From contig OZ253555.1 in the NCBI GenBank assembly GCA_965262725.1, positions 2,112,001-2,176,000 of the forward strand: a stretch of 64,000 bases of DNA, written 5' to 3'. The position numbers were made by a program, and so were the translations under genes. How positions within the stretch are numbered: position 1 is the first letter of the stretch; the number at the start of each line of letters is the position of its first letter. The DNA comes from Dehalococcoidia bacterium. GTDB lineage: Bacteria; Chloroflexota; Dehalococcoidia; UBA2979. The notes beneath the pieces were generated by a model. That model saw nothing but the letters and a program-made list of their open reading frames with translations. It was not told the DNA's origin and searched no databases. Below are positions 1 to 10,267 of the stretch, piece by piece.

Positions 1-554
1 ACGGTGGTGCCCCGCGGACCACGGATGGTCAGGACTGCCCGGTCGACCGACCAGCCGATCGCCGATTCGCCGTTGACCTCGAGAATGACGTCGCCCGCCC
101 GCACGCCGGCCAGCTCGGCCGGGCTCCCGTCGAAGGGACGGACGATCACGATCTCGTCCTCCTGGCGGGAGACCGTGGCGCCGATCCCCTGGAAGGTCCC
201 GGAGAGATCGGTGCGCGAGATCGAGTAGGTCGTGGGGTCTATGTAGGTCGAATGGGGGTCGTTCAGCGAACTGAAGAGGCCGTCGATGGCGCCCTCGTAG
301 AGCTGTACGTCGTTGATGCGATCGGGCTCGACGAAATCGTCCTCGAGGATGCCGTAGATCTCCGCGAGAACGCCGAAGTCGACTTCCGTCGATCGCACTC
401 CGGGCGTGACCGGGGCCTCTGGGGTGGCCGTCGCAGCGGGAGTCGCGACGGTCTCGTCGCCGGCGGGGTCGAGCACGAGCGCCACGAGGAAGCCCGCCGC
501 GACGAGCAGGCCCCCGATCAGGGCGACGATCGCGCCGGCGAGGATGTTGCGCAC
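1..554 (-). CDS. S41 family C-terminal processing peptidase (CtpA-like), N-terminal part; runs off window edge
   Basis: Manual minus-strand translation: MRNILAGAIVALIGG (TM) ... LYEGAIDGLFSSLNDPHSTYIDP ... FQGIGATV ... PFDGSPAELAGVRAGDVILEVNG (PDZ), typical of CtpA/Prc. Confidence 0.85.
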   Translation of the reverse strand, partial: MRNILAGAIVALIGGLLVAAGFLVALVLDPAGDETVATPAATATPEAPVTPGVRSTEVDFGVLAEIYGILEDDFVEPDRINDVQLYEGAIDGLFSSLNDPHSTYIDPTTYSISRTDLSGTFQGIGATVSRQEDEIVIVRPFDGSPAELAGVRAGDVILEVNGESAIGWSVDRAVLTIRGPRGTT

Positions 555-1390
555 TAGGTTGGAAGAGCCGCTCGTGGCGGCTGGAGGACCATCCGGGAGG
601 GACGCGATGACTTGCCTCCCTCCGCGGCCGGGATGAGCCTCGCATACCAGTCTTCTGACCGGCCAAGGAGTGGCGTGCGCCCAGTTTATCACCCGCTATG
701 TGTTGCGCGGGTCGCCAGAACCGTCCGAGAGGACATAACCCGAGGCCGTTGGTGATGCGGAGCGGCCGGGCCGTCTCGGCTCCCTGGGCAAAGCGGGGTC
801 CCGGCGCCGACTCGGACCGCGACAGGTGCCGCCTCGGCCCCGCTGGCACGCGTCCTGGCGGCTGGGGCCGATGTCGTGGCCGGTCGTCGGCTGCCTCGCC
901 CGGTGCCGTGATCATCGGTGGCCCGAGGTCGAGGCTCAGTGATACGGCATCGCTGCTATCGTGCCCCGGCCCTCCCCCAATTCCCGGAGAGTCAGGTTCC
1001 TCGTGCTTTCACATCACATAAGAAGAATAGTGCGACACGCCGGCGCGATGCGGCCGGGATCGCGGTATGGAGGGAAGAGCCCGCTGCCCGCCTCGCCGAA
1101 CCCGACCCACACGAGGCGAGCCGGCGGCGACGACCGAGCGCGCGGGCTTCGGGCGCGGGCGTCTCGAGAGCCCGCGTGCACACGCTGACCGGCCGGCCTC
1201 ACGGGCCGGGTCGCTAATCGGCCGTCGTCGGCGTGTCGTTGACCTGCTGGCCGGTGCGCCCGGCCGCGACCGCGAGGACCACCCTGCTCTGACTCGGGCC
1301 CGCTGGCGTGCGTGAGCCAGGCGTGGTGCTCGGCCTGCGTCGCTCGTGGAGGCAACCAACCTGGAAGTCAGCGCAGACCCTACCCCCCTG

Positions 1391-1417
1391 TGGTATATTG
1401 GCTGGGTAATGAGAGGA
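1391..1417 (+). promoter_or_regulatory. Putative extended -10 promoter (TGgTATATT) and RBS (GAGAGGA) for the 1428 ORF
   Basis: AT-rich motif in GC-rich background just upstream of the ATG. Confidence 0.4.
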
Positions 1418-1427
1418 AGTATCGGAA

Positions 1428-1703
1428 ATGACGACGCTACGTGGTGAGCTCCGCTGCTTCGCCTGCTCCCGCTACCTCGGCGACTTCGAGTCGCACACCG
1501 GGAGCGGCCCCCGCGACCTCCGCCTGTGCCACTCCGACGCAGGGCCGTTGCCGCAATCCGCGGTCATGACCGAGCGCGGACTGCGCTGCTCGCACTGCGG
1601 CGGGCGTGCCGTCGCCGAGAACGTCGATCGGAGCGAGAGCAACGTCACGCAAGGCGAAGCGTATAGCTGTCCCAGCTATGTGAAGCCGGCCATAGCGGCG
1701 TAG
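1428..1703 (+). CDS. Small zinc-ribbon hypothetical protein
   Basis: CFAC ... CSHC pairs, RBS present. Confidence 0.7.
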   Translation: MTTLRGELRCFACSRYLGDFESHTGSGPRDLRLCHSDAGPLPQSAVMTERGLRCSHCGGRAVAENVDRSESNVTQGEAYSCPSYVKPAIAA

Positions 1704-1769
1704 TCGGGAGTCTGCCCCCCGCGACTCGGTGTTATGTCTTGTTGCAGCGGGCGACGGTGCCCTCTCTGA

Positions 1770-2243
1770 TCACCCGGAGGTACGTAGGGTGTTGAGCACG
1801 GCCTCACCGTGCCCCGCCGCCCGTGCGCGCTTCCACACCTTGGTGAGGCAGCCGTCCGGACCGATCACGAACGTCGAGCGCGTCATCCCCACGAAGCGGC
1901 GCCCGTAGAGCACCTTCTCGCCCCAGGCGCCGTAGCTCGTCGCCACCTTCGCCGCGTCGTCGACGAGCAGCGGAAACGGCAGTTCGTGCCGCTCCCGGAA
2001 GCTCCGGTGCGACTCGGCGTCGTCGGTGGAGACGCCGAGGACGACCGCGCCCTCGGCGGCGATCTCATCGTGCGCGTCGCGGAAAGAGCAGGCCTCGATC
2101 GTGCAGCCGGGGGTCTCGTCGCGCGGATAGAAGTAGAGGACGACCGTCTGGCCCCGGTAGTCGCCGAGCCGGTGCAGAGTCCCGTCCTGGTCGGCGAGCT
2201 CGAAGTCCGGCGCGGAGTCCCCCGCCCCGAGTGTGATCGCCAC
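1770..2243 (-). CDS. bcp: Peroxiredoxin, BCP/PrxQ type
   Basis: VVLYFYPRDETPGCTIEACSFRD motif; start moved to GTG 2243. Confidence 0.92.
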   Translation of the reverse strand: MAITLGAGDSAPDFELADQDGTLHRLGDYRGQTVVLYFYPRDETPGCTIEACSFRDAHDEIAAEGAVVLGVSTDDAESHRSFRERHELPFPLLVDDAAKVATSYGAWGEKVLYGRRFVGMTRSTFVIGPDGCLTKVWKRARAAGHGEAVLNTLRTSG

Positions 2244-2483
2244 CGCGCCACCCCTCCCCTGCTGCCGCCGCCGGCGCCCAACTCGCCGAGAACGATACAA
2301 CCGGCGCGAGTGGGGGGAGGACCGTGAGGCGCGCCGCGTGAGCCGTGGGTCCCGAGGCCGCCGCCGCTTGCTGACAAGGGCCGCTCACTCGTACGGTCAG
2401 GCGCGCGCGGTGTCCCCGCTGCGGCCGCCCGGCCTTCACGATGATGTCGCGCGGAAGAAGTCGACCCGTCGAGGAGGTGCCCG

Positions 2484-3593
2484 GTGCGCTTCAGCTACTA
2501 CCTGAACCCGCAGACCCCCGGTCCCGATGACGACGAACGCGTCCTCGACGAGGTCTTCGGGCAGCTGGAGCTCGCCCAGTCGATGGGCTTCACCGACGCC
2601 TGGATCACCGAGCACCATTTCACTGGCTACAACGTCTACTCCGACCCGACCACGATGGCCGCCGCGGTCAGCCAGCGCGTCCCCGGGATGCGGATCGGCT
2701 TCGCCGTGGCGGTCGTGGCGCTCACGCACCCGATCCGCTTCGTGACCCAGTGCAACCTCCTCGACCAGCTCACGAAGGGGAAGCTGATCGTCGGGATCGG
2801 CTCCGGAAACGCTCCGGATGAGTACGACGGCTACGGGCTGGACCGTGAAGAGCGGTACGAGATCATGCGCGAGTTCCTCGAGGTGTGCGACCTCGCGTGG
2901 GAGCCGCCCAGCCCGGAGGGCTTCGAGCATCACGGCAAGTACTTCGACGTGGAGGTGCGCGGGCGGATCATCCCCGCCCCCATCCAGAGGCCGCGCCCGC
3001 ACATGGCGGTCGCGACGGGGACTCCCGAGCGGCTGGAGATGGCGGGCCGGCGGGGATGGTCTCTGCTCCTGGGGCCGCAGGACGTCGAGTTCATCGCGGC
3101 GCGCCTGCAGTACTACTTCAAGGGAATGGACGACGTCGGGCTCGATCAGGAGGCGCGGGCACGAGCCTGGCAGCACACGAGCCTCGTCCGTCAGCTTTAT
3201 GTCGCCGAGGATGGCGAGAACTGGCTGGAGGAACTGGACGACGTGCTCGACACGTACACGCGCAAGAGCCTGCGGGCGAACACGGGCATCGACGACCTCC
3301 CGAAGGCCGACATGGCGAAGCGCCGCTCGGAGTATCTGAAGCACGGGTGGCTGCACGCCGGCACCGCCGACGAGGTCTTCGAGCGGCTGCGGCCGTTCGC
3401 GGAGCTCGGCGTCAACAACCTGATGTGCTGGTTCAACTTCGGGCACATGGAGGACGAGCGCATCCGCGCCTCGATGACGCGCTTCCGCGAGCGAGTCATC
3501 CCGCGGCTCCAGGAGATCACGCCCAGGGAGGATCTGCTGCCGGCGCTGATCGAGGTGAACAGGGGGCTGGCGACCGTCGCCTCGATTCCCTGA
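2484..3593 (+). CDS. LLM-class flavin-dependent oxidoreductase (luciferase-like)
   Basis: GFTDAWITEHHF, HPIRFVTQCNLLDQLTKGKLIVGIGSG, PIQRPRP motifs. Confidence 0.9.
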   Translation: MRFSYYLNPQTPGPDDDERVLDEVFGQLELAQSMGFTDAWITEHHFTGYNVYSDPTTMAAAVSQRVPGMRIGFAVAVVALTHPIRFVTQCNLLDQLTKGKLIVGIGSGNAPDEYDGYGLDREERYEIMREFLEVCDLAWEPPSPEGFEHHGKYFDVEVRGRIIPAPIQRPRPHMAVATGTPERLEMAGRRGWSLLLGPQDVEFIAARLQYYFKGMDDVGLDQEARARAWQHTSLVRQLYVAEDGENWLEELDDVLDTYTRKSLRANTGIDDLPKADMAKRRSEYLKHGWLHAGTADEVFERLRPFAELGVNNLMCWFNFGHMEDERIRASMTRFRERVIPRLQEITPREDLLPALIEVNRGLATVASIP

Positions 3594-3660
3594 TGGGGCG
3601 GCACGTCGGTAGCGGACGGGGCTGGCATCGACGGGCGATGGATTCGCGGCAGGTGGGGGA

Positions 3661-4071
3661 ATGATGGCTGGTGACATGGGGTCGAGGCGTGTCGCGACCG
3701 CTCTGGCGGAGGGCCGGGACGTCGGCGAACTCGATTCGATGGACGCCGAGGCAATCGTCGAGCACGTCCGCCGTGAGCTCGACTCGGGTGACTCGACGCT
3801 ATCCCGGCGCGATCTCGCTGCTGCGCTCGTCGAGCTCGGCAACCAGAGAGCCGGGAGCGAGCGGCCGAACGAAGCCGCTACCGCTGCCAGGATGGCGGTC
3901 GACCTCTACCGCGCCCTCGCGGTGGAAGAGCCTGACGTCTACCGCGAGGAGTTTGCAGTCGCTCTCGATAGCCTCGCCATGCGAATGGCAGCGGTGTGGC
4001 TACATGAACCTGCTCTCCAGGCCAACCGCGAGGCGCGCCGCGTGCGTCGTGGCGCCCCGATTCAGAGCTAG
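3661..4071 (+). CDS. TPR-like helical hypothetical protein
   Basis: EAATAARMAVDLYRALAVEEPDVYREEFAVALDSLA resembles TPR_10/12 repeats. Confidence 0.6.
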   Translation: MMAGDMGSRRVATALAEGRDVGELDSMDAEAIVEHVRRELDSGDSTLSRRDLAAALVELGNQRAGSERPNEAATAARMAVDLYRALAVEEPDVYREEFAVALDSLAMRMAAVWLHEPALQANREARRVRRGAPIQS

Positions 4072-4108
4072 ACGCCCTGCCCCAGGCGGCAGAGCGTCAC
4101 ATCGCCAC

Positions 4109-4591
4109 GTGCGAGCGATCCCGGCAGCCCCGCATCGCTTCACGGCCACGCTCCGCAGGCTCGCAATGAACTACTGCGTCGACGTGCCCATCGATGCCAG
4201 CCGGACGCTTGCGGGCGCCCCGCCCGAGCGTTACGTGCGCGTCGAGGGCCTCGCTAACGGCCGTCCCTTCCCTACGCGGCTCACACCGGGCGGCGGCGGC
4301 GCCTTCCGACTCTTCCTGGACGGCGCGGTCCGCGCCGCCGCAGGCGTGGGCGTCGGCGATGTCGTCGACATCATGGTCTGGCGGCACGAGGCACGGCGCG
4401 AGCCCGAGATGCCCGCCGATCTCGCTAGCGCTCTGGCGGCCATCCCCGGCGCGAGCGAGGCTTTCGTGGCGCTGACCCGGGCGCAGCGCGAGGGGATGAC
4501 CGCCTTCATCGAGCGCGCCCGGACAGCGGAGACGCGTGCACGGTATGTGCAGCGCGTGCTGAGGGAGGTCCGCCTGCGGCTGGGACGTTGA
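4109..4591 (+). CDS. DUF1905 + YdeI/OmpD-associated family protein
   Basis: VRVEGLANGRPF...AAGVGVGDVVDI and MPADLASAL...FVALTRAQRE...ARTAETRARYV. Confidence 0.8.
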   Translation: MRAIPAAPHRFTATLRRLAMNYCVDVPIDASRTLAGAPPERYVRVEGLANGRPFPTRLTPGGGGAFRLFLDGAVRAAAGVGVGDVVDIMVWRHEARREPEMPADLASALAAIPGASEAFVALTRAQREGMTAFIERARTAETRARYVQRVLREVRLRLGR

Positions 4592-4719
4592 TCGCTGCGG
4601 CCCCGAGCACACAGCTCGGTGTCCCTCCTGCGTCCTGCCCGTCGTGGGCATTTCCGGGCCCAACGGGGGGCCGTACGCAGAGCGACGCCACGCAGATGCG
4701 ATCCCCTCGCCGCCACCGG

Positions 4720-4870
4720 ATAGCATGGAGCTGTGCAGCGAGTCGGCGGGCGTCTTGTGTACGTGGTCGCGAGCCCCGCACTGGTTCGCGTCCGCTGCCG
4801 CACCCCCCGGCAGATGCGCCTGGCGAACGCGCTCGCGCGCTTGGTCGAGGTGGCCGACGAGCAGGTCTAG
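4720..4870 (+). pseudogene. 3' remnant of a TM0106-family RecB-like nuclease/SF1 helicase
   Basis: Translates as ...LVYVVASPALVRVRCRTPRQMRLANALARLVEVADEQV*, resembling the family C-terminus; no upstream gene body. Confidence 0.55.
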
Positions 4871-4919
4871 AGGACAGAGTTTGGTGCGCCGCTCACGTTC
4901 GTTTACATGGGCGGCTCTG

Positions 4920-4981
4920 CTAGTGGAAGACGTTGTCAGCGTGCCACTCAAGCGCCTGCGAACTCGGAACGAGCCGACGGT
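4920..4981 (-). pseudogene. Detached 3' end of the HNH endonuclease gene
   Basis: After removing IS21 the frame continues ...DRRLVPSSQALEWHADNVFH*. Confidence 0.85.
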
Positions 4982-5077
4982 TGTCGATCGCCAGGGTCAT
5001 TGATCCACGCGTCGCCACGGTCATTAGACCACCCGGGACGCCGGTAGGCGGCTTGATATCAGTGAGCGTCTAGCGCG

Positions 5078-5851
5078 TCAATCACCTCCCGTCTGCGCCT
5101 CGAGCAGGGCGCGGTGCGGCGAGAGCCGCTGGCGGTAGCTATCGCCCTCGATCACGATCTGGTAGCTGGCGTTGGCGAGGCGGTCGAGGGCGCTGTTGCC
5201 GAGGATCGGGTCGTCGAAGAGACCCAGCCATTCCTCCACGGCGCGGTTCGAGGTGATGACGAAGCTGGAGCTGCGGTGGCGCCCGATGACCAGCTCGTAG
5301 AGGTCGATGGACTGCTGCGCGCTGAGGCGATGGAGCCCGAGGTCGTCGAGGATGAGCAGGTCGGGCGCGAGGAAGCTTCGAAAGACCTTCTCGGCCGAGT
5401 GGTCGACGCGGGCCTGCGCCATCTCGCGGAAGTAGTGGTCGGCCGGGGCGAAGCGCACGCTGCGTCCGGAGCGGACGGCTGAGTAGCCGAGCGCCTGGGC
5501 TAAGAAGCTCTTGCCGACGCCGACGGGGCCGACGAGCAGGACGTGCTCGCGGCGGTCGAGGAAGTGCAGCGAGAAGGCGGCGTCGAGCAGGCGGCGGTCG
5601 AGCCGGATGGCGGCCGCCCAGTCGAAGTCCTCGAGGCGGCAGAGCTGCTCGAAGCCGGCCTGGCGCAGGCGCAGCTCCAACCGCCCGTGGTCGCGGCGGC
5701 TCACCTCGTCGACGAGGAGGATCTGCAGGAAGTCCGCGTAGTCGAGGTGGTCGCGCCGCGCGAGGGCGATGCGCTCGGGCAGGGTGTCGAGCATACGGCC
5801 GAGCTTGAGGCGCTTGAGCAGCGGGCGGAGGTCTGAGGTGGTGGCGGTCAT
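5078..5851 (-). CDS. istB: IS21 helper ATPase IstB
   Basis: Walker A GPVGVGKS, LLILDDLG, ITSNR, ALDRL; ATGA overlap with istA stop. Confidence 0.95.
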   Translation of the reverse strand: MTATTSDLRPLLKRLKLGRMLDTLPERIALARRDHLDYADFLQILLVDEVSRRDHGRLELRLRQAGFEQLCRLEDFDWAAAIRLDRRLLDAAFSLHFLDRREHVLLVGPVGVGKSFLAQALGYSAVRSGRSVRFAPADHYFREMAQARVDHSAEKVFRSFLAPDLLILDDLGLHRLSAQQSIDLYELVIGRHRSSSFVITSNRAVEEWLGLFDDPILGNSALDRLANASYQIVIEGDSYRQRLSPHRALLEAQTGGD

Positions 5852-7428
5852 CGTGGTGCTCCTGTCGGGGTCTGCGTGCGGGACTGGGCGAAGACGGAGC
5901 CCGAGCGGGCGAAGCGCCCCGGAGGCGGCGGCAGCTCGGGCGGGTCTGGGGTGCTCTCCTGGTCGAGGGCGCGGACGAGGATGCGCTCGAGGCGGCGCAC
6001 GTCGATGAGGTCGACCTCGAGCGCGCGGCGGCAGGCGGCGTCGAGGCGGTCCGGGGAGTAGCGCTCGGCGAGGCGCAGCAGCTTGTGGCCCTGCCGCAGC
6101 TTCGCCCAGGGCAGGGAGCCCTCGAAGAGACGCTCGGCGTAGGCGCCCACGGCCTCCCCCAGCTCGGCGGCGCGGCGCTGTATCCAGTCGGGCGCCCGCC
6201 TGGTGTAGGGGGTGAGCTCGGCCGGGTAGTCGTTCGGGTCGGTGGCGCGGCCGCCCCGGCGCTGGCGCGGGTGGACCTTGATGAGCTGACCGCGGTGGTA
6301 GATGCGCACCAGCTTCGAGCCGAGCTGCACCTCGACCTTCTGGCGGGGCGGGCAGGCCGTGGACGGCACCGAGTACAGGGCGTACTGGCAGGCGATGTGG
6401 TGGTCGGGATGGACCGTGGCGGTCCGCCAGTCGGGGACCTCGTAGGGCTCGCCGTCCCAGGGAGCGAGGAGAGGGAGCTCCTCCTCCCGGAAGACCTCGA
6501 GCGGCCGGCGGCGTGTCGTGCCGTGGATGCGCTGCCCCGCCACCTCGAGGCACCAGCTGCGGGCGGCGGAGCGCAGGTCGACGACGTCCCGGAAGTCGCC
6601 GCCCTTGAAGAGGCGCTCGCGCACGTAGGGGATGCTGCGCTCGACGCGCGGCTTGTCGCGGGGATGACGCACGCGCGCGGGGTCGGTGATGAAGCCGCGG
6701 TGGCGGGCGTACTCGAGGAAGCCCCGCGTGAAGCGCGGGTGCAGCGCGTCGGCCCCGGCGACGGCGGCCGGGAAGTTATCGATGACGAGGTAGCGCGGCA
6801 CGCCCCCGAAGAAGGCCCAGGCCTCCTCCAGGCCCTCGATCACAGCGTCCAGCTTCTGGCTGGTGGTGGGCCACACAAAGCAGTGGCGTGAGTAGCGCCA
6901 GACGACGACCAGCGCCCACACCGCGCGCCGGCGGCCGCTCTCGGGGTCCCGGATGAAGCCGAGGCGGCCGAAGTCCATCTCCGCCACCTCGCCCGGCGGC
7001 CCGTCGTCCATGCGCACCGTCGACGGCAGCCGGTGGCGCCAGCCGCGGCGCCGGATGAAACGCCGCAGCGTGGTGTAGGAGACCTCGCAGCCTCGTCCGG
7101 CGAGGAGCTCCTGGATGCGCGTCAGTTGCAGGCGGTCGGTCTCAAGCCAGCGCTCGATCTGCTCCGCCCAGGGCGAGAGCAGCTCCTCGCTCGGCGCCTC
7201 GACCTGCCGCGGGCCGGAGAGGCTCAGCGTCGCCAGCGCGGCGAGCTGCTCCTCACTCGGCTCGGGACCGCCCGGCGTGAGGCCGGCCGCCTCGGCCGCC
7301 TCGACGTAGCGGCGCACCGTCACGCGCGATAGCCCCGTGCCGCTGGCGATGCGGCGCTGGCTGAGCCCCGCCTGCCAGCGTCGAATGATCTCCTGGATCT
7401 CCACCCCGTGTACCTCCCGGTAGGCCAT
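5848..7428 (-). CDS. istA: IS21 transposase IstA
   Basis: N-terminal HTH, PPGEVAEMDFG, LVIDN, PRDKPRVERS (DDE). Confidence 0.95.
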   Translation of the reverse strand: MAYREVHGVEIQEIIRRWQAGLSQRRIASGTGLSRVTVRRYVEAAEAAGLTPGGPEPSEEQLAALATLSLSGPRQVEAPSEELLSPWAEQIERWLETDRLQLTRIQELLAGRGCEVSYTTLRRFIRRRGWRHRLPSTVRMDDGPPGEVAEMDFGRLGFIRDPESGRRRAVWALVVVWRYSRHCFVWPTTSQKLDAVIEGLEEAWAFFGGVPRYLVIDNFPAAVAGADALHPRFTRGFLEYARHRGFITDPARVRHPRDKPRVERSIPYVRERLFKGGDFRDVVDLRSAARSWCLEVAGQRIHGTTRRRPLEVFREEELPLLAPWDGEPYEVPDWRTATVHPDHHIACQYALYSVPSTACPPRQKVEVQLGSKLVRIYHRGQLIKVHPRQRRGGRATDPNDYPAELTPYTRRAPDWIQRRAAELGEAVGAYAERLFEGSLPWAKLRQGHKLLRLAERYSPDRLDAACRRALEVDLIDVRRLERILVRALDQESTPDPPELPPPPGRFARSGSVFAQSRTQTPTGAPR

Positions 7429-7585
7429 CGCTGCTCCCTCCGCTGGGGATGCAGGCGATGGTGGCCGTACCGGCGACCCGGGCGGGCAGGAGTCCCTGAC
7501 GGGGTGGATCAATGACCCTGGCGAAGTGGATCAATGACCCTGGCGATCTGGCGATTTCGTGGTCTATAGACCTTGGCGATTCACA

Positions 7586-8485
7586 CCGACGGTCGCGTGG
7601 AACGTGTATCCGACGACCAGCCATTTCGTAGTAGTGCTTACCGTTCTCGAACTCGTCACGCAGGCGGGAACTCACGTCTAGGCGCAGATCGGGCGTCACA
7701 GTTACATACCCCGTGTCGTAGAGCCGATGGAGGTCGGACCGAAGCACGATCCCGTTCTGTGGGTGGTTTGATGCCGGACCCAGATACGGCTGAATGTGGG
7801 CAGCCTCGAGAACCGGGATCGCGTGCTCTCCCGTCACCGCGCACTGCTGGTCATACGCGCTCAGCAGCCGCAGGCGGAATGTGCCCTGCCCGCGCCTGTC
7901 TACGCGGACGGCGTCAACGTGATGGCGAGCATCCTGCTCGAGCAACTCGAAGGACGGCTGGAGATCGAGCACAGGCTCCGGATGGGTGCTGCGCAGGAGC
8001 GCTTCGAGGCTTCGACCGTCGGTGGCGAGGTCATAGCCCTTGTAGCTCACGAGATTGGGATGCCACCCCTGGTCCCGTCCCCAGGGGAGCCATCGGTTTC
8101 GTGGCAGGAACACTGCTTCGCGGAGCACAATGCAGGCGAGCTGCGCACCTGCCGCGCGACCGGATCGCAGTCGGTACTCACGGATTCTCCTCTCGAAGTC
8201 CGCTCGCATGGCGTCGCCGTTGCGGTCGCCGAATATCTCCCAGGCGAGCTGGACCGGCATCCGAGACGAGAGGGCAAAGAACCCGAACCCGGCGATGGCG
8301 TTATGTGGCGCCTTCAGGCGGAAGAAGAAGGGCTCACCAGATCTGAGAGCGCGGAATTCGTCCTGAGCCGACGGGCGCCAGAAGTTGACCTCGTCAACCT
8401 CGGTCAACTCATCGGATGGCCGGAAGTAGGAGAACCAGCGTTCATCGGTGGGCGCGACGACGGCCGGCAGGGACGGGGTGGCCAT
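7586..8485 (-). pseudogene. HNH endonuclease (COG3440-like putative restriction endonuclease), interrupted near the C-terminus by IS21
   Basis: EVNFWRPS...GEPFFFRLKAP N-terminal domain; CAVTG...LEAAHIQPY...NGIVLRSDLHRLYD HNH_2 motif. Confidence 0.85.
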
Positions 8486-8830
8486 GGCAGGTGGAGTCTA
8501 GCGCGCCGCGACCTGGAGCGGTCCTGCTGGCTCCGGGGCCGTCTGTTCGGAGCCAGGACCGACATCCCGGTCGTCTCTGTGTGTGACCTCGGTCTTGGCC
8601 AGTTGCGCGGCGCTGCCATCATGGTGCCGAATGGGCTCTCGGCTATGGCTGCCGATGTTCCGCACGGCGCGCGTCGCGCATAGAGGTAGGCGTAAGTCGC
8701 ATCCTTTGCCGCCCGCACGTACTACTGGGGACCGTGCTGATTGTGTTTGGTGAGCGGCACTGCCGGAGACGGACGGACTACACTGGGCATCGCGCGCTCA
8801 AGGAGTGCAGCGGCCAATGCAAGGGCCCGC

Positions 8831-10267
8831 ATGGACTTTGAGAAATACGACCTAGATCCGTCGATCTACGACGAGATGCTGCTCCCGGACGGCACGCACC
8901 GCGATCATTGCCGGGAGGTCGGTGCGGCTCTGCGCGATCTCTCGGTCGCGGAACTCGGCGTCATCCAGGAGCGGGTCACGCGGACGTTCTCCACCGAGGG
9001 CATCACCTTCACCGTGTACGGTGACGACGAGGCCGACGAGCGGATCATTCCCGTTGACTGCGTGCCGCGCGTCATCTCGGGCTCCGACTGGCAGCACGTC
9101 GAGACGGGCCTGACGCAGCGCCTGAAGGCGATCAACCTCTTCCTGGCGGACGTCTACGGCGAGGGCCGGATCGTCGAGGACGGTGTCATTCCCGTGGACG
9201 TGGTGCGCGGGTGCCCGCAGTACAGGCTGCAGATGCGCGGTGTCTCCCCGCCGCACGGCACGTGGGTCGCCATCTGTGGCACCGACATCGTCCGCACCAA
9301 CGAGGGCTTCCACGTTCTTGAGGACAATTTGCGCGTTCCCTCGGGCGTCTCGTACATGATCGCGAACCGGAAGGCGGTCAAGGCGAGCCTGCGCCGCCTC
9401 TTCCGCAGGTCCCGCGTGCGGGGGGTCGAGCACTACGGAAGCATGTTGCGGGAGACACTCCGGGAGATCGCGCCGGAGGGCCGCTCCGACCCGGCGATCG
9501 CCCTCCTGACTCCCGGCGTGTACAACTCCGCCTTCTACGAGCACATGTTTCTCGCGCGCGAGCTCGGTGCCGACCTGGTCGAGGGACGTGACCTGCTCGT
9601 CCACAACGGTTTCGTGTATGCACGTACCACCAAGGGTCTGCATCGCATCGACGTGATCTACCGGCGCGTGGAGGATGACTTCCTCGACCCGCTCGCCTTC
9701 CGCCCCGACTCCTTGCTCGGCGTGCCCGGCCTGATGCACGCGTACCGGCTTGGCAACGTGACCCTGGCGAACGCACCCGGGACGGGTGTCGCCGACGACA
9801 AGAGCGTGTACGCCTACGTGCCCGACATGATCCGGTACTACCTGGCCGAGGAGCCGCTGCTGCAGAACGTCGAGACCTACCTCTGTCGTCGCCCGGAGGA
9901 TCTCGAGTACACGCTCGACAATCTCGACAAGCTCGTCGTGAAGCGCGTCGGGGGCTCGGGCGGATACGGCATGCTGGTGGGGCCCCACGCCACCCCCGAG
10001 GAACGCGACCGGTACGCTGCAGAGGTGCGTGAGCACCCGGCCGACTTCGTATCGCAGCCGACGCTCGCGCTCTCGCGCTCTCCCTGCTTCGTGGATGGCC
10101 GCCTCGAGCCGCGCCACGTCGACCTTCGCCCGTTTGTCCTCCACGGCCGCACGACCAGGCTCGTGCCGGGCGCCTTCTGTCGCGTGGCGCTCAGGCGAGG
10201 CAGCCTCGTCGTCAACTCGAGCCAGGGTGGCGGCTGCAAGGACCTCTGGGTGCTGGACAATTGCTAG
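8831..10267 (+). CDS. Circularly permuted type 2 ATP-grasp protein
   Basis: EGITFTVY, VLEDNLRVPSGVSYM, DVIYRRVEDDFLDPL, GSGGYGML, RHVDLRPF, VVNSSQGGGCKD. Confidence 0.95.
   Translation: MDFEKYDLDPSIYDEMLLPDGTHRDHCREVGAALRDLSVAELGVIQERVTRTFSTEGITFTVYGDDEADERIIPVDCVPRVISGSDWQHVETGLTQRLKAINLFLADVYGEGRIVEDGVIPVDVVRGCPQYRLQMRGVSPPHGTWVAICGTDIVRTNEGFHVLEDNLRVPSGVSYMIANRKAVKASLRRLFRRSRVRGVEHYGSMLRETLREIAPEGRSDPAIALLTPGVYNSAFYEHMFLARELGADLVEGRDLLVHNGFVYARTTKGLHRIDVIYRRVEDDFLDPLAFRPDSLLGVPGLMHAYRLGNVTLANAPGTGVADDKSVYAYVPDMIRYYLAEEPLLQNVETYLCRRPEDLEYTLDNLDKLVVKRVGGSGGYGMLVGPHATPEERDRYAAEVREHPADFVSQPTLALSRSPCFVDGRLEPRHVDLRPFVLHGRTTRLVPGAFCRVALRRGSLVVNSSQGGGCKDLWVLDNC

Larger units (their letters stand above)
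4982..7585 (-). mobile_element. Complete IS21-family insertion sequence
   Basis: Ends TGTCGATCGCCAGGGTCATTGATCCAC / TGTGAATCGCCAAGGTCTATAGACCAC; internal repeats GTGGATCAATGACCCTGGCGA x2 (7504-7546); 8-bp direct repeat CCGACGGT at 4974-4981 and 7586-7593; istA and istB present. Confidence 0.95.

Noticed and set aside
560-1390. Long intergenic region with a hairpin GTCC-GAGA-GGAC (~724-735) as a possible riboswitch
   Set aside because: No conserved core of any riboswitch or ribozyme I can recognise; needs an Rfam scan
7504-7546. Tandem 21-bp repeats as a mini-CRISPR
   Set aside because: No spacers; these are IS21 transposase-binding repeats. No CRISPR array or cas operon is seen in the window
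7253-7585. C-terminal extension of the 410-aa HNH ORF
   Set aside because: Read-through into the IS21 end; the natural tail is at 4920-4981
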